Origin: an uncultured Acidobacteriota bacterium
GTDB lineage: Bacteria; Acidobacteriota; UBA6911
Length of the DNA stretch: 64,000 nt
Assembly: GCA_963827655.1 (NCBI GenBank)
Contig: CAWHCF010000040.1
Span: 1 to 64,000, forward strand
Direction of reading: 5' to 3'
Both the position numbers and the translations under genes were made by a program. The notes under the pieces are model-generated. The model ran no database searches, was not told the origin of the DNA, and saw only the letters and a program-made list of their open reading frames with translations. Below, in pieces: positions 60,348-64,000 of the stretch (positions are counted from its first letter, which is position 1; every line of letters starts with the position of its first letter).

Positions 60348-61358
60348 TCATGCGCGCGTTTTTTCAGTCACCCGGACAAGCTCGGGCGGGAGGGCGAATT
60401 CAACGTTCTCTACGATGCTCCCGACCGTTTCCACTCGAGGAAAGCCGATAGAGTTCAGGTAGCAGATCACGCGGTTAACCAGCTCTACGGGAGCCGAAGC
60501 GCCCGCGGTGAGACCGATCACCTGTACACCGGCTAACCATTTGTCCTGGATGTCTTCTATATCGTCGATCAAGTATGCCGGCACTCCCGCGCCCTCGGAA
60601 ACTTCCGCCAGCCTGCAGGAGTTAGAGCTGTTAGCCGAGCCAACGACCAGGATGACGTCGGATCTCTGGGCCAGCTCGAGCACGGCGCGCTGTCGGTTCT
60701 GAGTTGCGTAACAGATGTCTTCGGAGGCCGGTCCCTGAATCAGAGGAAACCTTTCGCGCAAACGCTCGATGATCTCGCGCGTATCGTCGAGGCTGAGGGT
60801 CGTCTGGGTTAGATAGGCAACCCGACTGGGGTCACGCACCTGAATTTTGTCGACTTCGCCGACATTCGCGACGACGGTCATCGCGTGGGGGGCCTCGCCT
60901 GCCGTTCCAATCACTTCATCGTGATCCTGATGGCCGATCAGAATAATCGAGTAGTCTTCGCGAGCGTATTTTATGGCTTCGGAATGGACTTTGGTGACCA
61001 GAGGGCAAGTCGCATCCAAAACTCTAAGCTGCCGGGCGGCTGCAGCTTTTCTGACTTCAGGGGATACTCCGTGGGCGCTGAATATTACCCGGCTTCCGCG
61101 CGGGGCGTCATCGAGCTCTTCTATGAAGACAATCCCTTTAGCGCGCAGCTCGTTGACAACATACTTGTTGTGAACTATTTCGCGTCTCACGTAAAGAGGG
61201 GCGCCATAGACTTCGAGCGCCAGATTGACAATATCGATCGCTCGAACCACGCCGGCGCAGAACCCACGGGGAGTGGCCAGCAAAACGGTTCGTTCCAGCC
61301 CTGCTTCTCCAGTCTTCATATGAGCCAAATGATAGTCTTCGAACTTCACTGCTGGCAA
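60348..61358 (-). CDS. ispH: 4-hydroxy-3-methylbut-2-enyl diphosphate reductase; start may be a later Met or Leu
   Basis: PRGFCAGV, IVHN, SAHG, DATCPLVTKVH, TQTTLS, ICYATQNRQ, NSSNS. Confidence 0.96.
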   Translation of the reverse strand: MPAVKFEDYHLAHMKTGEAGLERTVLLATPRGFCAGVVRAIDIVNLALEVYGAPLYVRREIVHNKYVVNELRAKGIVFIEELDDAPRGSRVIFSAHGVSPEVRKAAAARQLRVLDATCPLVTKVHSEAIKYAREDYSIILIGHQDHDEVIGTAGEAPHAMTVVANVGEVDKIQVRDPSRVAYLTQTTLSLDDTREIIERLRERFPLIQGPASEDICYATQNRQRAVLELAQRSDVILVVGSANSSNSCRLAEVSEGAGVPAYLIDDIEDIQDKWLAGVQVIGLTAGASAPVELVNRVICYLNSIGFPRVETVGSIVENVEFALPPELVRVTEKTRA

Positions 61359-61436
61359 GGGGTTTCGCCCTCCCCGGTTGCCGAGCGTCCAGCCGGCACG
61401 CGGAATGGTTTCGAAGACCGTGGCGACACCGCAAGA

Positions 61437-62339
61437 TCACGAAGCCTCGGTGCCGCGGTGTTGCAGAAGGGTAAGTAACGTAACCGAGGTTACCAGGATG
61501 ATTCCGCCGAAAAGCTGCGAGAGCGTCAAGCGTATGTCGAGCAGAAGCCAGTTTGTGATAACAGCAGTAACAGGAAAGGCAAGCTCACCGATGGAGGCCA
61601 ACGATGCTTTCGTGGAATGCAGGCCAGCGTAGTAGAGGAGCAGGGCCGCGAGTCCGGGTACCAGGGCCATCGCTGCCAGGCTTGCGCCGGCGGAGAAATC
61701 GGCGGGCAGCGATTTTTGATCGGGATGCTGTAGCCAGAAAAGGGCTACCAGCGCAGGTAAGGCAATGACAAACCTCAAGCTGGTAAGGACGAGCACAGGA
61801 AGCCTGGCGATAAGATATCTTCCGAAAACCGTGGACGTACCCCAAAGAGCCGCGGCGCCCAGGGCCGCAATCAGATTCAGGGGCTCGTCGGGATTGATCG
61901 CGAAGCCGGACCGCCAATCAGGTACGGAGACCAAGTAAGCGCCGCAAAGTGCTGGAGGCAGCAGGCGCCAGAACCATATACCGGGACGCTCCTGCAAGAA
62001 CCAGCGTGCCAGAAGCAGCGTGAATAAAGGCTGCGTCTTCTGGAGCAACACGGTCACGCTCGGGTTGCCATGCTTGATTGAGAAGGTGAAAAGACTCGTG
62101 GCGGCTACGGACCCGCCCAGGGCTATGAAGACCAAACAGACCCACTCTTTGGGACTGAGGCCGATTATCTTTCGGCGAGAGCCGACGATTACCGGCAACA
62201 CCACAATCGAAAGAATGCAGTGTTCCAGATAAACGATCGTGACAGGCGATAGACTGCGGGTCAGGGGGCGCCGGAAGAGGGAGTCTGTGCCCCAGAGCAT
62301 GGAACCAAGGACTATGAGGAGAACGCCGTATTTTCTCAA
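61437..62339 (-). CDS. DMT/EamA-family transporter
   Basis: About ten TM segments; LWGTD, LLQKTQP, LWGTSTVFGR, ELAFP. Confidence 0.9.
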   Translation of the reverse strand: MRKYGVLLIVLGSMLWGTDSLFRRPLTRSLSPVTIVYLEHCILSIVVLPVIVGSRRKIIGLSPKEWVCLVFIALGGSVAATSLFTFSIKHGNPSVTVLLQKTQPLFTLLLARWFLQERPGIWFWRLLPPALCGAYLVSVPDWRSGFAINPDEPLNLIAALGAAALWGTSTVFGRYLIARLPVLVLTSLRFVIALPALVALFWLQHPDQKSLPADFSAGASLAAMALVPGLAALLLYYAGLHSTKASLASIGELAFPVTAVITNWLLLDIRLTLSQLFGGIILVTSVTLLTLLQHRGTEAS

Positions 62340-62492
62340 GCATCACCCGATCGAGAGTGGCAGATATTAGCATAGCGGAGCCTCTGGATTTTCGCGGTTA
62401 GTGCCGCTCTTGCCGAAGAGAACCAGCGCGGAGACGCGACGACACGCGGAAAATCGCCGCCCTTGGGATTCGACCGGCGTTGACGGGGAGTG

Positions 62493-63017
62493 TTAATCCA
62501 GCTTCGCGTTTTCCTTGATCAGCAATATCCTCTTATGCGACTTCGGAAGCTTCACGACGTGGAAAAAGTGTTGTCCTATGCAGCCGCCGCCGATACGCTC
62601 TTCTCCGTCCTTCACATGCACAACGAGCCGATCTTCGGTTTCAACGATTTTTGAAACTACGACTGCTCTTGAGCGCCCTTGCCCCGTGATACCGCCAACA
62701 TGGAATGTCCCGACTGCGATCGCCATTTGATTCGCAAAATCTGGTTTTTTGGAGGTACTCAGCCCACCCCGGAATATTTGACGGTCGCACCTGCAGCCCA
62801 ACGCCTCCACTGTTCGTCTGCTTTGATCACCAGGACGGGTAATGGTCCTGAATCGCCGGCTTCACGGTCGGCGTCCGTCATGATGAACTCCACTTCTCGA
62901 CCGATGACCTCGAACTGGAGCTCTCTGGCCGCATCTTTCTCCATCGAAGCCATGACAAGACTGGCTAGCATCAAGGGCCCGCAAATCAAGCCTGGAAATC
63001 TGGTTGTCACAAGGCAT
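62493..63017 (-). CDS. Secreted protein with a PrcB-C-terminal-like domain; frameshifted
   Basis: ORFs 62759-63010 and 62493-62810 join: LVIKADEQWRRW...PDFANQMAIAV...FHVVKLPK; RBS before ATG 63017. Confidence 0.55.
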
Positions 63018-63188
63018 CTCCCTTTCGCTTAGTCATGTGCACTAGACGCCTTCGGAGCATCGACCTTGCAGACTATTTTAGCGCGCCACGCAGTTTAGAC
63101 CTTCGGGTGGACGCGCGGCCCAACCCTTGCGCCGGACTCCTCAAGATTCTCTTCATAAACCGCGGAGTATCGGAGGACAGCGGTTTGG

Positions 63189-63218
63189 TTGACGGTGCGG
63201 GAACAGCTTTGGTAGTAT
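63189..63218 (+). promoter_or_regulatory. Putative sigma70 promoter of tRNA-Glu
   Basis: TTGACG-N18-TAGTAT with TG extended -10. Confidence 0.55.
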
Positions 63219-63236
63219 GTGCACCCGAATTTGGAT

Positions 63237-63312
63237 GGCGCTATCGTCTAGGGGACTAGGACGGGTGGTTCTCAGCCATCAAACCAGGGTTCGAATCCCT
63301 GTAGCGCTACCA
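63237..63312 (+). tRNA. tRNA-Glu (CTC)
   Basis: GGCGCTATCGTCTAGGGGACTAGGACGGGTGGTTCTCAGCCATCAAACCAGGGTTCGAATCCCTGTAGCGCTACCA. Confidence 0.96.
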
Positions 63313-63431
63313 AGACTTACAGGTTTTCCGAAATCGGCAGGAAAGAGCCGGAGCGCCTTCAGGGCCTGTTAACCGCTGACGCGCCTCCCGCGTTGTATCG
63401 GTAAATCTCGTACATGCGAGGAGAAGCGCAG

Positions 63432-63911
63432 ATGGGTCCAGAAATCATCATCGTGCCGGCGGCGTTCCTGCTGATGGGCTACGTCGTCTTCACAATCGTC
63501 GACGGCATCCTGCGGTGGCGCAGGCTCAGAGTATCGACCGAGTTTCAGGGGAAGCTCCTGGAACGGATCGGCTCCGCCCGGGAATTCGGCGAATTTCTCA
63601 ACACCGAGGGGGGCGGCCGGTTCATCGACGTCATCGGGACGGAGAGAGGTGGCAGCGCGCACGCACGTATTCTCCGCGCCGTGCAGATGGGAATCGTCCT
63701 CGTCGTTCTCGGTGCGGCGCTGTTCCTGTTCGTCAGGTGGGTCACGCTGCCGTACCCCGTTCCGGAGAACCTGGGGTTTCTCGCGACTGTTTCGACAGCC
63801 ATCGGGGTCGGACTGTTGCTGTCCTCCTTCGTCTCGTACCGTCTCTCGAGAAAGATGGGACTGATCGAAGATCAGGCGCACCGTGCGCCTCACGTGACAA
63901 CAGTGTCGTGA
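63432..63911 (+). CDS. Membrane protein preceding an ECF sigma factor
   Basis: RBS GAGGAG; three hydrophobic segments; KLLERIGSAREFGEFL.TEGG.RF. Confidence 0.75.
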   Translation: MGPEIIIVPAAFLLMGYVVFTIVDGILRWRRLRVSTEFQGKLLERIGSAREFGEFLNTEGGGRFIDVIGTERGGSAHARILRAVQMGIVLVVLGAALFLFVRWVTLPYPVPENLGFLATVSTAIGVGLLLSSFVSYRLSRKMGLIEDQAHRAPHVTTVS

Positions 63912-63912
63912 C

Positions 63913-64000
63913 ATGCCTGAGTTCACGGAGCTTGCCTTCGGCGAGTTCTACCGCCGTCATGCGCGGGCACTGTGGTCGTACGTGTATCGGGTGACCGGCA
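63913..64000 (+). CDS. ECF RNA polymerase sigma factor, 5' part (runs off the window)
   Basis: MPEFTELAFGEFYRRHARALWSYVYRVTG resembles the start of sigma region 2. Confidence 0.75.
   Translation, partial: MPEFTELAFGEFYRRHARALWSYVYRVTG

Overview
GC-rich bacterial chromosomal window. The gene content (TolB-type propeller tail, IPT/TIG surface proteins, hpnA next to ispH) suggests an Acidobacteriota-like organism, which is an inference. Many single-base frameshifts cluster at about 0.7-10 kb and 29-48 kb, consistent with long-read consensus errors plus some true pseudogenes. The first 10.2 kb is a decayed accessory region ending at tRNA-Asn: FGE/SUMF1 enzyme, orphan HigA, K+-channel-like protein lacking GYG, a solo attC-like site with a cassette-like hydrolase, a Tat-signal SDR/FNR operon, a small alarmone hydrolase, a 29-bp comM Walker-B fragment beside tandem repeats, and a truncated tyrosine integrase. 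The core then holds convergent sdhCDAB and frdABCD, a B12 radical SAM enzyme, a PQQ dehydrogenase with a pentaheme cytochrome, an acyl-CoA ligase, a three-gene surface module ending in a 14-repeat IPT/TIG protein, a UGSC-type selenoprotein with a redoxin-fused partner and gltS, mrfA/mrfB-like repair genes, a polyphosphate cluster (sixA, CHAD, two ppx, ppk1), a Phd antitoxin with an internally deleted RelE, hpnA/ispH, tRNA-Glu and the start of an ECF sigma gene. The best candidates for undescribed biology are (1) the selenoprotein/redoxin-fusion reductase-like module, which the ORF track splits at an in-frame UGA, (2) heptamer-repeat hairpins associated with diverged duplicates of gene termini, (3) the comM-fragment element end, and (4) the IPT/TIG surface module. 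Two MITE-like families flanked by TTA/TAA repeats are also present. All family assignments come from motif recognition by eye; no searches were run.
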